A stretch of DNA of 64,000 nt, from contig NC_068983.1 in assembly GCF_001194135.2 (NCBI RefSeq), positions 21,668,694 to 21,732,693 of the forward strand, read 5' to 3'. The translations under genes were made by a program, and so were the position numbers. This DNA comes from Octopus bimaculoides. Taxonomy: Eukaryota. Shown piece after piece: positions 48,581 to 62,634 of the stretch (position 1 is the stretch's first letter; every line of letters starts with the position of its first letter). The notes under the pieces are model-generated. The model worked only from the letters and a program-made list of their open reading frames with translations, made no database searches and had not been told where the DNA came from.

Positions 48581-49526
48581 ATCAAAAGGTTTGTTTAGAA
48601 CCAGGTTGAGTCCAATTGAACAGACCTATGATTGGTCAATACCATTCCAAGATTAACCACTCCATATTAAGACCATTCTAAGATTAACCACTCCACACTG
48701 GGCACCTGGAACCAGGCTGTCCAACATGTCCTAGATTTTCTTCGCTTTTTTTTTCTTGCGACTATAGAATGTTATTTGGGAAATTTTGGTATCTATTTCG
48801 AATAGGTCAAATGACTCTATAGAAGCTCTCTCATTGGCTCATCTGTCCTTCATTACTGTTTCTCCTTTTTAGTAACATTGTAAGATGTTACCTGAAGGAG
48901 ATTTGGCTATTATTCCTAGCAGATCTAGTAACTGCATACGGGCCTTTTTGTTAGCTCATTGGCTCCAAAGAGATTAAATATAGATAGGAAGTTGTGACAA
49001 TCAGTATCTGCTGCAGTAGCTGTAGAAGGATCACAGAGACAAAAAAAATATGAGTTTGTAGTATGGCTCTGAATGTTTTACTGATAATGCTTTTCTACCA
49101 GATCTAAAGGAATATAGCACTTTCTATTATAATGGGTCCTTTAAGGAGTCTATAGAAGGTTTTGTGTGTGCGTGTGTGTGTGTATTAGAGAGAGTGTGTG
49201 TGTGTGTGTTCATATATATATATATATATATATCGAATGCATTGTTCACTATGCATGGGTAGAATGCATGTAGCACCATGGTGGTGCTATATAGAGAGCA
49301 CACATACTAGCACCACGTAGAAAACACCATGTATGCCATATAAAGTGGTTAATGTTAGGAAGTGCATCCAACCATAGAGACCATGCAAAAAACAGATGGC
49401 TGGAGCCTCGTGCCACCCTCTGGGTTGCCAGCTCCTGCCAAACCATCCAACCCATGCCAGCATAGCAAATAGTTGTTAGTTAGATGATGATGATGATGAT
49501 ACATATGTACATATATATATCTTATG

Positions 49527-49588
<62 letters not shown>

Positions 49589-49780
49589 TTATATATATAT
49601 AAGGGCATTACTATAGATGAATGCTTCACGCTAAGAGGAACTCTAAGGTCAAACTACCATAATAAACACATTTTTACCAAATGCGAGGAAATGCAACTCT
49701 CAAAGCTAGCTCCTTAGTCTGCCCCTTAGCCTTGTGAGTGGATTTGATAGACGGAAACTGAAAGAAGCCCGTCGTATATA

Positions 49781-49811
<31 letters not shown>

Positions 49812-50192
49812 GTGTATGTGTGTGTCTATATGTTTGTGTGTCTGTGTTTGTCCTCCCAACATCGCTTGACAACTGATGGTGGTGTGTTTACATCCCTGTA
49901 ACTTAGCGGTTTGGCAAAAGTGCCTGATAGAATAAGTACTAAGCTTACAAAGAATAAGTGTTTAAAAAATTCCTATTATATTTTTATAATCAAATATAAT
50001 GTAGTGGAGGGGGGTAGATAGATATAAATATTATTTAAAACAGTTTGATTTGGCTCCATGTAACTGTTTTAAACAATAATACATGTAAGTCCTACTAAAT
50101 GTATGAGTGCCTTTTTTCATATGTTCACTTATATGTATATGTATGTATGTGGATGTATCCATCTGCATATGATTACATATATATATATACGC

Positions 50193-50255
<63 letters not shown>

Positions 50256-50441
50256 TGTGTGTATATATATATGTATACACACATATATCATTCTGATACA
50301 TATATGTAGATGTTAGTAAGTAGAATCAGCACATGTAAACTAATAAGTCTGTGTCTATAAATACATCAATGCATCAGAATTACGCATGCATACATACATA
50401 CATACATATGCATATATATATATAGAGAGAGATATAGGCAC

Positions 50442-50499
<58 letters not shown>

Positions 50500-51050
50500 N
50501 NNNNNNNNNNNNNNNNNNNNNNNNNNNNNNNNNNNNNNNNNNNNNNNNNNNNNNNNNNNNNNNNNNNNNNNNNNNNNNNNNNNNNNNNNNNNNNNNNNNN
50601 NNNNNNNNNNNNNNNNNNNNNNNNNNNNNNNNNNNNNNNNNNNNNNNNNNNNNNNNNNNNNNNNNNNNNNNNNNNNNNNNNNNNNNNNNNNNNNNNNNNN
50701 NNNNNNNNNNNNNNNNNNNNNNNATATATATATATATATATACTTTATTTAAAAGCAGCAGAAATATAACAAAAAAAACGTTATATTTCTGCTGCTTTTA
50801 AATAAAGCATATTACTCTACCTCTGGTATTTGAGTACTCTTTTTTCCACCTTGTTGCACATTTCATGTGCTTACTCCGGTATATATATATATATATATAG
50901 ATAGATAGATAGATACATAGATACATACATACATATACATGTATATATACATACATATATCCATATATACATATACATTTATTTACATATATATACACAG
51001 AGAGAGACACACACACACATATATACATAAATATATGTATATACTTACAT

Positions 51051-51092
<42 letters not shown>

Positions 51093-51830
51093 AGTTGTTC
51101 TTTTCCTTATCTTTGCACTGTTAGATGATGCATGCCACTGTCTTCTGTCTTTGAGTAACAAAAACTTGCAGTGAAAAGACTGACACAGCAATACACTCAG
51201 GTGTTACATTTGGAACTGGTATCTTGTTCTAACAGAGATGTGTACTATAAAATATTGGTTTTGGCATCAGCTGCTTGGCATTTGTCTCATTTATTTTCAG
51301 AACGCACTGGAAATAAAATTGATAGTTTGTCAATGAAAATATTTTAAAAGAACAGCAAAAGGTGGTAAAATATACATATACATATATATATATATAAGAA
51401 ACTATATATATATATAATGAACAACAACCTCCTCTACAAATGTAACACAAGCCTTTTGTAGTTTTTTCTCTCTTATTATCTTTTATATATATATATATAA
51501 NNNNNNNNNNNNNNNNNNNNNNNNNNNNNNNNNNNNNNNNNNNNNNNNNNNNNNNNNNNNNNNNNNNNNNNNNNNNNNNNNNNNNNNNNNNNNNNNNNNN
51601 NNNNNNNNNNNNNNNNNNNNNNNNNNNNNNNNNNNNNNNNNNNNNNNNNNNNNNNNNNNNNNNNNNNNNNNNNNNNNNNNNNNNNNNNNNNNNNNNNNNN
51701 NNNNNNNNNNNNNNNNNNNNNNNNNNNNNNNNNNNNNNNNNNNNNNNNNNNNNNNNNNNNNNNNNNNNNNNNNNNNNNNNNNNNNNNNNNNNNNNNNNNN
51801 NNNNNNNNNNGTGCGGGTGACACATGAGGT

Positions 51831-52253
51831 TTTTCGAGCAAGATCGTTGCCAGTGCCCCTGGACTGGCTCTTGTGCTGGTGACACATGAAATTTCTTCGA
51901 GCGAGATCGTTGCCGGTGCCCCTGAACTGGCTCTTGTGTGGGGTTGTTGTAGGATTTTCGAGTGAGATCGTTGCTGGTGCCCCTGGACTGGCTCTTGTGC
52001 GGGTGACACATGACGTTTCTCGAGCGAGATGAGCGTTGCCGTAGCCAGTACCGCCTGACTGGCCTTCGTGCGAGTGACACGTAAAAGCACCCACTACACT
52101 CTCTGAGTGGTTGGCATTAGGAAGGGCATCCAGCTGTAGAAACACTGCCAAATCAGATTGGAGCCTGGTGTAGCCATCTGGTTTCACCAGTCCTCAGTCA
52201 AATCGTCCAACCCATGCTAGCATGGAAAGCGGACGTTAAACGACGACGATGAT
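51831..52253 (+). mobile_element. RTE 3' UTR with an approximately 62-bp tandem expansion
   Basis: At least 3.5 units of gtgcgggtgacacatga..tcgagcgagatcgttgccagtgcccctggactggctctt, then the family tail and (gac/gat)n. Confidence 0.8.
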
Positions 52254-52613
52254 ATATATATGTATATATAAGAAACTGTATATATATATATAAGAAACTA
52301 TATATGCATATATATATATATATATATATAAGAAACTATAACGAAGTATATAAAATGTTTAAAAACAAGGAAAAGAAAGAAAGAGAAAAGAAACTGAAAG
52401 AAAAATGAAAATGACAAATGGAGATAGCTGCAAATTAAAAAGACTATATACAGACATGTAGATATATGTACACATGTATACACACACATTTATACATGCA
52501 TACTTGTACATTTGATGATAGTCATATATATATGTGTGTGTGTATATATGTATGTATTAATCACATTCACATACATAGAAATACACAAATTACACAGACA
52601 TGTAGAAGAAGTT

Positions 52614-52652
<39 letters not shown>

Positions 52653-54774
52653 ACACATATATGTATATATGTATGCATGCATGTATGTACAGAGAGAGAC
52701 AGTGAGAAAGAAAGAAAGAAAGAAAGGAAGGAAGGAAGAAAGAAAGACAGGAAGCTGTATGCTTATATATATGTATATATATATTTTTGATTCAACATGA
52801 CAAGCTGATGAACAGTGATCAGTTTATAAAGCATTGTGTGAGAGACATTTGCATAGCTTCTTCAATTATCACAATCCACATAGTAAAGTGTGCGGAAAAT
52901 ACAAAAAAAAAAAAGAATTAACAAAAAAAAAACAATGTAACAAAAAAAAAAAGAACAGCAGTGGATGGCTAATATAGGAAAAGTGGATTTTAGTTGCCAC
53001 TTTAATAGACTCACACAAGCAAAAAGAGATGGCATAGCAATGGATAGTGGGCAGTAAATGTACCAACAAAACAATATAATTCACTCTGTATNNNNNNNNN
53101 NNNNNNNNNNNNNNNNNNNNNNNNNNNNNNNNNNNNNNNNNNNNNNNNNNNNNNNNNNNNNNNNNNNNNNNNNNNNNNNNNNNNNNNNNNNNNNNNNNNN
53201 NNNNNNNNNNNNNNNNNNNNNNNNNNNNNNNNNNNNNNNNNNNNNNNNNNNNNNNNNNNNNNNNNNNNNNNNNNNNNNNNNNNNNNNNNNNNNNNNNNNN
53301 NNNNNNNNNNNNNNNNNNNNNNNNNNNNNNNNNNNNNNNNNNNNNNNNNNNNNNNNNNNNNNNNNNNNNNNNNNNNNNNNNNNNNNNNNNNNNNNNNNNN
53401 NNNNNNNNNNNNNNNNNNNNNNNNNNNNNNNNNNNNNNNNNNNNNNNNNNNNNNNNNNNNNNNNNNNNNNNNNNNNNNNNNNNNNNNNNNNNNNNNNNNN
53501 NNNNNNNNNNNNNNNNNNNNNNNNNNNNNNNNNNNNNNNNNNNNNNNNNNNNNNNNNNNNNNNNNNNNNNNNNNNNNNNNNNNNNNNNNNNNNNNNNNNN
53601 NNNNNNNNNNNNNNNNNNNNNNNNNNNNNNNNNNNNNNNNNNNNNNNNNNNNNNNNNNNNNNNNNNNNNNNNNNNNNNNNNNNNNNNNNNNNNNNNNNNN
53701 NNNNNNNNNNNNNNNNNNNNNNNNNNNNNNNNNNNNNNNNNNNNNNNNNNNNNNNNNNNNNNNNNNNNNNNNNNNNNNNNNNNNNNNNNNNNNNNNNNNN
53801 NNNNNNNNNNNNNNNNNNNNNNNNNNNNNNNNNNNNNNNNNNNNNNNNNNNNNNNNNNNNNNNNNNNNNNNNNNNNNATATATATATATATATACACTTT
53901 ATTTGTGTATTAAGACTTCCATCGGTTTCATGTTAAGGAATCCAAAATGAAGACAAACACTGATGTTCCACATGATAGGCATGATAATTGTTGAGGCATT
54001 CCATAGCATGAAACTAATGGCAACCTTAACCCATAAAGAAAGAATTTTTATCCACCAATGTGATGTTGAGCACACATTCACATTATTCGATATTTGCATA
54101 CATACACTCATACACACATACATACATGCACCCATGCACACACACACACATATGTCTCTTCTAATTTTTAATTATTATACATCTTCCACTGAAGAGGGAG
54201 ATGGTTTCCAGCAAAGATACAAGGCACCATCTTTGGGATGTAATTAACACAGATTCACATTTGGAACTTGAGAAAAGTCTTGCATATTTTTACTGTTCCA
54301 CTCACAGATTGCACTTATTATGTATGAATTAGCCGGTTGATTTCTCTTTCTGAAAATACCAGTTTATCCAGATTCTCCTTTACGTATTTACTAACAAAAC
54401 CTAGTGCTCCAATTATATATATGTATGTATGTATATGTGTGTGCATGTGTGTTTGTTTGTGCATGAGTGTGTATATGCATATGTGTGTCAGTGTATGCGT
54501 GTTTATGTTTCCTCCTCGCATTGACTGTCGCACTAACAGTGTCATTCATTTCCAGTAGTCTGTGGAAACATGTCTGGTCATAGAGAAATGTTATCTTGCT
54601 TGGAAATGGGTGATAGTTGGAAACAGGAAAAGTGGCTGGCCACAGAAAATCTCATCCAACACAAGTGAGCATAGAAAAGTGGATGTTAAAATGATGATGA
54701 TGATATGCCTGTATTGGAAATCAATAAGTATCATCAAGCAAGGAACACATAATTTGTGATTATGAACATGTTTC

Positions 54775-55063
54775 AAAGCCACATAAACTACCAGTAATAT
54801 ATTGGTGTTAACTTTTTCAATGAACAAGATTATGGCAGCATTCACCAACTTAAACAAGGAGACCATCCAGAAGAGTTGCAAAAGATTCTGAAGTCATCTG
54901 GAGGCCATGGTTGAAGCCAATGGCAATTCTATTGAATAAATTTACTCTTTAGTATTTCAAGATGTTTTTATGTAATTTTGGTAAATATATCTACTAAAAT
55001 GAGATGTCAATGTTATTTTCATTTTTGTGTAATCTAGACGACAATTTATTCACCGCACTCCAC
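54775..55063 (+). mobile_element. Tc1-like transposon 3' end (transposase C-terminus + TIR)
   Basis: KIMAAFTNLNKETIQKSCKRF*SHLEAMVEANGNSIE*. The right end gtgtaatctagacgacaatttattcaccgcac is the reverse complement of the TIR-like block at about 40500-40540. Confidence 0.7.
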
Positions 55064-55064
55064 T

Positions 55065-55590
55065 ATCTCTCTCAGATGCCTATTCAGTCCCACTGCAAAT
55101 GGTTTGAAGCATAGGTTACTGATGAATGCTGTATCATCCACTGGATTGATTGGATCACTTTGTGAGATATCATCACTGTGAACTGCTATATGTCTCTTCA
55201 GAATCAAAACCAACTTGTAAGTCCCTTTCACATACTACACAAGTCGAATCACCGATTTTAGGAGGAAGGGTATCACATACAGATGATCTTTCATGGAACA
55301 TCAGATGGTTGGGTATACCCAGCCTTGGAAAAGAGCACATGCCAACATGTTTCACACACCAACACTTTATGTTCTCATTGAGGTTCTGATGAGAGACTCC
55401 CCCCACCCCAAAGCCAACACTTTAGGCTGTCATGCTTCTTGCAATCCTCTTCAAAATTTTTACAGAGCCTCCTATATGCACTCTCTCCACTCAACTCTTT
55501 TCAAATGTAGTTCTTCCCAGTTTTTTACACTGATCTGCAGTTCCTTCAGGTTGCTTTTTGAATAGAACTTTTGACTACTCTGGTACCTGA
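55065..55590 (-). mobile_element. Degenerate 3' end of an RTE-type LINE with C-terminal zinc-finger remnants
   Basis: KSNLKELQISVKNWEELHLKRVEWRECI.. followed by CVVCERD.., LKRHIAVH and F.SNLCFKPF..GLNRH fragments in shifting frames. Confidence 0.55.
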
Positions 55591-56111
55591 GGTTTCCTGC
55601 TGATAGAGATCAGCATTTTTTCAACCAGAATTTATAATACAAATGACACTCAACCATTAAGGTTTAAGCAAATATCATTTACCATAGTCTTGAATCAACC
55701 CACGCCTCTTCAGTGAAATTAAGTACACAGAAAGAGTAAAAGCTCATTGAATTGATTGTACCTGTAATTCTAATGTATTTTGAATTCTAGTTGAAAAAGT
55801 GCTAACCTATGTCAGTATGAAACCTCAGGTAACAGAGTAGCCTTCACACATTATGTCATGTTGATTTTCTGTGATAGTTATGTTATGAGTTATATATATA
55901 TATATATATATATCTGTGGAATATTCAGCCACTTACACAGTAATTAAATGAGTCGGTGGTAAAGTTAATGGAGCAATCAGAATTCTCATTATTGAAACCG
56001 GCAGATATTAATTTATTTTAAGGATCTTGGGAAGTATTAAATTTCCAACAATCATGATGATGATGATGATGATGATGAAGGCAGCAACACTGGTGGTGGT
56101 GGTGGCAATGA

Positions 56112-56151
<40 letters not shown>

Positions 56152-56985
56152 GAAGATGATGATAGCAGCAGCATTGATAGTGTTGACAACAGCAGTAATG
56201 GCAGTGATGATTACGATATTTCTGACGGGAAGCAGCACTGGTGATGGTGGTGGTGGTGGTGTTGGTGGTGGCAGTGGCAATGATGATGATGATGATGATG
56301 ATAGCAGTGACGGCAGCAATGGTAGTGGTGGTGGTGTTGGTGGTGTTGGTGGTGGTGGTGTTGGAAAGAGGGAGAATACTGTTGAACATAACCGAGAAAC
56401 ATTGAATTCTAAGACTTCTCAAAAGTGTAAATCAATGTGGTTAGATAGCTTAAACTTACAAATTACAATGTTAATACACATTAAGATTCCATATTTTTGG
56501 GGGGGAAAAAAAGAAGAATTTTACATTTTAAATAATGAAATAAATTAATAAGAGAGATAAAAAAAAAAAGCAATTGAATGTAACCATTCGCAATCAAGAT
56601 ATTCATTAGAGAATTTAGTTAATTGATTTTTTTTATTTATTTATTTAGTCATTTATTGAATTCTAGGAAAATTAATTATTTTAAATGATCTGCAATTATT
56701 TAAATAATTGTGATATATATCTCTTTTTCTTTAAATTCTTCTGTATTCTGAGTTTTGTTTTAAAATACACCGAGATTAGAAATATTATTTCCTTTTCTTT
56801 TTATTTTTCCACTTTTTATTTTTTATTTTTATTTAAACAATTTTTGTTATTCTTTTCTTTGGTATTATTCCACATGATCAAAATGGACAAATCTATAGCA
56901 ATATAAAACCATTAGAATCCTGGCTCCAATTTCTTCCTTTTCTTCTTAAATGAGATATTTATTTATATATTAATACTACTACTAC

Positions 56986-57042
<57 letters not shown>

Positions 57043-57743
57043 GCAGGATTACAAAATATAAAGAAATATGTGCTATGTGCTGCTAGTGGCTGGTGACAAG
57101 TATATAGCAACATCAGAAATAATCAAGAATAATTGCAGCGAAGAATTACTCCAAGACAAAAGTTTGGCGACAACCTACTTAGAGTAGTCGTTTCATTCCT
57201 CATTACCGAGTTCAGCAGCAAAGATGCTTCAGTATCAATGAAACCACTAGATTATGCAATGCCAAAAAAAAATCTAAAAAAGAATTTTATTTAACATTTT
57301 CATTCTCATAGAATTTTCATCTTAATCTTATTTCTTTTTTTTTCTTTGCTAAGAAAACTGTTTTGTCTTTTCGTTGTTTTCTTTTTTTTTTTTTTTTTTT
57401 TTTTTTTGTTTTTCTATATTGTTGCAATATTCTTTTGATGTTACTTTGATCCTGTATACAATTACAATCCTTACAGATTTGCTAGTTTGCTGTTAAGCAG
57501 AAATTTTATGGAGCAAAATCACAGAGGCAATAAAAGTCATAAATTTGACTTTAAGAAAAGAAAAAAAAGAAATGTTACAGGAAAAAATATCACATAACAT
57601 TTAAATGTTATCTAAAAACAAATATGGTTAAAGTAATTAAACAAATGAAATTTTGAGTCACTTATTAAATGAGAATATATGACTTGTTCACAATGAGAAA
57701 ACAATTTTATAATGATGATCATGCAATGATATGTATATATGGT

Positions 57744-58147
57744 GAAGGAGTGGCTGTGTGGTAAGTAGCTTGGTTCCCAACCACATGGTCCCAGGTTCAG
57801 TCCCACTGCGTGGCACCTTGGGTGAGTGTCTTCTACTATAGCCTCGGGCCGACCAAAGCCTTGTGAGTGGATTTGGTAGACAGAAACTGGAAGAAGCCCG
57901 TCATATATGTATATATATGTGTATGTATGTGTGTACATGTTTGTGTCTGTGTTTGTGTGTCCCCCCGCCAACATCGCTTGACAACCGATGCTGGTGTGCT
58001 TACGTCCCCATAACTTAGTGGTTCGGCAAAAGTGAATGATAAAATGAGTACTAGGCTTAGAAAGAATAAGCTCCGGGGTCGATTTGCTCGACTAAAGGCA
58101 GTGCTCCAGCATGGCCACAGTCAAATGATTGAAACAAGTAAAAGAGA
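57744..58147 (+). mobile_element. CORE-type SINE family A, full length
   Basis: Complete head-CORE-microsatellite-tail structure. Confidence 0.85.
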
Positions 58148-58216
58148 ATATGGAACCAAAAAAAGCAAGAAGAAAACCTTCCATTCAAACACCATCCTGA
58201 AGTCAAACTACAAAAT

Positions 58217-58257
<41 letters not shown>

Positions 58258-58262
58258 TACAT

Positions 58263-58752
58263 ACTCTTTTACTCCTTTACTTGTTTCAGTCATTTGACTG
58301 CTGCCATGCTGGAGCACCACCTTTTAGTCGAGTAAATCGACCCCAGGACTTATTCTTTGGAAGCCTAGTATTNNNNNNNNNNNNNNNNNNNNNNNNNNNN
58401 NNNNNNNNNNNNNNNNNNNNNNNNNNNNNNNNNNNNNNNNNNNNNNNNNNNNNNNNNNNNNNNNNNNNNNNNNNNNNNNNNNNNNNNNNNNNNNNNNNNN
58501 NNNNNNNNNNNNNNNNNNNNNNNNNNNNNNNNNNNNNNNNNNNNNNNNNNNNNNNNNNNNNNNNNNNNNNNNNNNNNNNNNNNNNNNNNNNTATACGACG
58601 GGCTTCTTTCAGTTTCCGTCTGCCAAATCCACTCACAAGGCTTTGGTCAGCCCGAGGCTATAGTAGAAGACACTTGCCCAAGGTGCAACACAGTGGGAAT
58701 GAACCCTGAACCATGTGGTTGGTAAGCAAGCTACTTACCACACAGCCACTCC
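58263..58752 (-). mobile_element. CORE-type SINE family A (gapped), inverted relative to 57744-58147
   Basis: Reverse-complement tail at 58263-58352 and head at 58592-58752. Confidence 0.8.
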
Positions 58753-58799
58753 TTTACTTCATGTAAAGTAAATATAACAAATGAAAAATCCTTCAAGAA

Positions 58800-58982
58800 T
58801 CCATAAAAAATCCCAGATCAATACCAAAATTTCATCATCTGTTCCTTGTGTCATTATCAACTTTTTCTGCAAGTTTCATCAAATACTGTTCACAACTTTT
58901 TGAGTTCTTTTGCACACAGACGGACAGACAGACAAACCAACGCTGATGAAAACATAACCTCCGTCCGTGGCAGTGGTAATGA
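58800..58982 (+). mobile_element. Possible non-autonomous Helitron/Helentron-like (DINE/HINE-type) 3' end
   Basis: aagtttcatcaaa..(gaca)n..aaaacataacctccgtccgtggcagtggtaat: microsatellite core followed by a degenerate terminal stem-loop. Confidence 0.4.
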
Positions 58983-60994
58983 TAATAGAAGCAGTAATGA
59001 TGGTGATCAGAAAAATTAAATAAATAAACAAACAAACCCTATGATGATAATATAGTAAGACATAGTATAGTAGTATGGTATAGATAGGTGAAGGGTCAGA
59101 GATTACTAGGAGATATCAGTAGGGCAAGCCAAGAAATATAACCTAGTGGTGAAAATGATAAATTTGATGTGAACTATTGTTGTTAGGTATGTATTCCAAT
59201 GAAGCCTGTTAAAGTAGATTAATATAGAATAGACATAGTCACATCATCATCATTTAACATCTGCCTTCCATACTGGCATGGGCTCAATGGTTTGATAGGA
59301 GCCAGCCAGATAGAAGACTACCCCAAGCTACTGTGACTGTTTTGGCATGGTTTGTTTTTTTTTATGGCTGGATGCCCTTCCTAACACCAGTCACCCTGTA
59401 GAGTGGAATGAGGGCTTTTTGTATGGCACCAGTACATGTGAGGTCAGTTTTGGCATGGTTTTTACAGTTGGATGCCCTTCCAAATGCCAACCACTTTACA
59501 GTGTGGACTGGATGCTTTATTATGTGCACCAGCACTGGCTGAGTCACCAAGCAACTTGCAAGACAAGGAATTTTGAGAGGGGAGGGAGCATTAGAGGAGG
59601 TGATTGCGTGTCAGATGATGAAAGATTAGAGTGTGACAGAGAGACAGAGAGACAGAGAGGCAGAAACAGGTGTGAAAATCAACAGAAAAAGGTGAATGAA
59701 TGGAAAAAGATAAAGACATTTAAAAAAATGGAAAGGGAGTTCTTCAGAATGAGAGAATTAATGAATGAAATAAATTTAAATAAAATTATATTTTAGCTTG
59801 AGGAAGTATTAAGTAAACGAATGGCTTATTTATATTAGCCAATTAGTAAGTTAAATATTTTGTATCTGAACGAAAGAGTTAATCATATAATTACTTGAAT
59901 GGTGGAAATGAAGGACAGGAGGGAATGATAAGAGGTGATTATAATAATGAGTCTCTGTTGCTGAAGCATATTGTACGAAAATGTGAATGAGATAAAGATT
60001 TAAGGAGAAGCGATAATGATAACCAATTTAAGGGGACACTGGTGAATAATAAGGGAATAAAAAGAAGCTTGTAAAACCATAAAAGCAGAAAGCCAAATCT
60101 CCAGGATATTGGAAATGAATGAAATTGTGTGAAGGATTGTTGATTAAGGTGTGAGTACACTTCAAAATGAAATTAAGAAGTAAAAGGCAAAGATAGGGTA
60201 TTGAAGATTAAGGGTGAAAGAAAACCTGAAATTTATAGGGAAAAAAAACTAAATATTAAAAGATGGAGTAATATAGGAATGTGAGGGTAAACGAGCGAAA
60301 CTTATGAAACTGTTCAATCATCAATCTTCCAATGATTTTTACCTTTTATTCGTTTCAGGCATTTGACTGCAGCCATGCTGGAGCACCACCTTGAAGAATT
60401 TTTAGTCAAATGAATCGACCCCTGTATTTTTTTTTCAGTCTGGTACTTATTCTATCAGGCTTTTTCTTTTTTTTTTTTTGCTGGACTGCTAAGTTACAGG
60501 GACATAAACTAACCAACCCCGGTTGTCAAGCAGTGGGATGGGGTGGGGTGGGGTGGGAAGACAAATACAGACACAAACACACACACACATATATACATTT
60601 AGTAATAATAACAATAATCCTCGGATGGAATTTATAAACATTTAATGCATTGCTAAGCGCATTTCCACAAATCACATGTCTCTTCAAATCACATGTCTCT
60701 TCAAATCACAGTCCATATTCCTGGGAGGATTACAGTGTAGTCTGTAGTATCCATGGGCATTAGGTTGATCACCCGCAAAACACTGGTTCACCAGTCAGCA
60801 TCATTAGACTATAGCTGACATAATGGAATAGGACCTTTATTTACATGTTCGCTTAGTATTTGGGTTTATTTTCTGATTTGTAGGGTAGGTGCGAGAGATT
60901 AGAACTGGCTTGCTCAAACATAAAACAAATAGAATATTTGGGTTGGATATGGCCAGTTTAAATGTTAAAGGCTTAATGACTGTTAATTACTTAC

Positions 60995-61086
60995 TTTGTA
61001 ACAAATTTCTTCTAGCTTGAACAAAGGCTTTAATATCAGAATCAACTTGTGCGTCTCCAGTCAATGGAATGTTTCCATGTTTTAAC
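60995..61086 (-). CDS. Internal exon (92 nt) of an unidentified gene: (R)LKHGNIPLTGDAQVDSDIKAFVQARRNLLQ
   Basis: Strong acceptor tttctcatttctgtgtctag| and donor |gtaagt; open frame in phase 2, matching the exon at 63284-63573. Confidence 0.75.
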
Positions 61087-62634
61087 CTAGACACAGAAAT
61101 GAGAAATAAGTAGTCATGAGATTGTTTATTGCAGAGACACAGGGGTCGAAATACCCAGAGGTTCAATTACTTGTATTTAGGGCCAAAATTTGGAAGTGGA
61201 AAATAGCCCTGACTTCAAGGTAGACAGCTTTGTCTGTTTGCTTACAATCTACATAGAAAGAAACTAAATCACAATCACAATAAATGCTAGACTAGGTGAA
61301 ACCAACTTCTTCATTGGGATAAAATTAAATGTTTTTATATCGTTAAAACAATATTCATATTCATTTGTAACACAATAACGTTTTTGCAATTAGCATCATG
61401 ACAGTTGCTCTTCACCCTTTTAAGGTAGCAAACAACTTTAGAGCATATATATAGTTAGATGTTCCCTCCACTATAAATTCATGGTGTTATGAAACCAGTT
61501 AGCTGCAACAGTAGAAGTCGCTGTAGTAGTGATAGAAAAGGCAGAGAGATGAGATTTCATATCTGTGGGCCCCAGTGACTGGATTATGTTGGTAAACAAC
61601 TTCATGCTAATCAGTTAGGTGACCTTGTGTTTGGATATCATCAACAACATCTGTATTGTAATACTATATTTATTTCTATATGTCTCAGACAACTTTTATG
61701 TCTGCAGCTGTTACTTGTGGTAGACATATTCAGTTCAGTAGGAGACTTATCTTTCATCTGCAGGCATCCTCCGTATTATGGAAGCATCACATTCCTGGAA
61801 TCTTGCCATAACAAGGAACTTCAGAACACAAAACATATTTTCTCCTTGACTTCCATATTCATTGACATGAAATTGTATGGTAAAATAGGTTTCAAGTCAT
61901 GAAATTTCACATTTTAACATGATTTTTCAGGAAGCAACACTTTTCATAATGAGGGTGAAGCCTGTACTTTATAATATAAAACCCCAAATGAGCCTCTTGG
62001 CATAGCTGCAGGTATTTAAATGTCATTTATCTTAAATTTATTGGTATTAGAATTGACAGTTGGAAGTTTTATAAAGATTTGTTATGAAATGAAAATGCAA
62101 ATTTACAAACAAAAAATGTGTGTAAACTTTAAAGTCAATCAAACCAGGATTATATTAATTTTTTTTTTTTTTTTTTGTTTCTCATTTTTAAAATTGTTCT
62201 GGAAAAAAATCTGAACATTAAAATACAGCCATAACGCATCAAAGTTAAGGTTTTTTTTTATCCACAGAAATATTTTTCCAATACCAATGAGTAAAATATA
62301 AAGTGGATGTGTTTGATTGTTCAGGCGTAGGCACAGTTGTGTGGGAAGAAGTTTGTTTCTGAGCTATATAGTTCTGGGTTCAGTCCCATTGCTAGGCACC
62401 TTGGGCAAGTGTTTTCTACAATAGCCTCAGAACAATCAAAGTCCTGTGAGAGGATTTGGTAGACAGAAACTGAAAGAAGCCTGTCATATTTGTATGTGTG
62501 CATGTGTGTTTGTATGTATGTGTGTGTGTGTATATTTTGTCTTTGTCTTTGAGTTTGTCCCCACCCCCACCCCACTTGACAAATGGTGTTGATGTGCTTA
62601 CATCTCCATAATTTAGCAGTTCAGCAAAAAAATA

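Noticed and set aside
3398-59796. Dozens of track ORFs made of YI/HT/CV/MYVC/poly-M/poly-H repeats or X runs
   Set aside because: They are translations of microsatellites, N gaps or SINE/RTE UTRs, with no coding signal.
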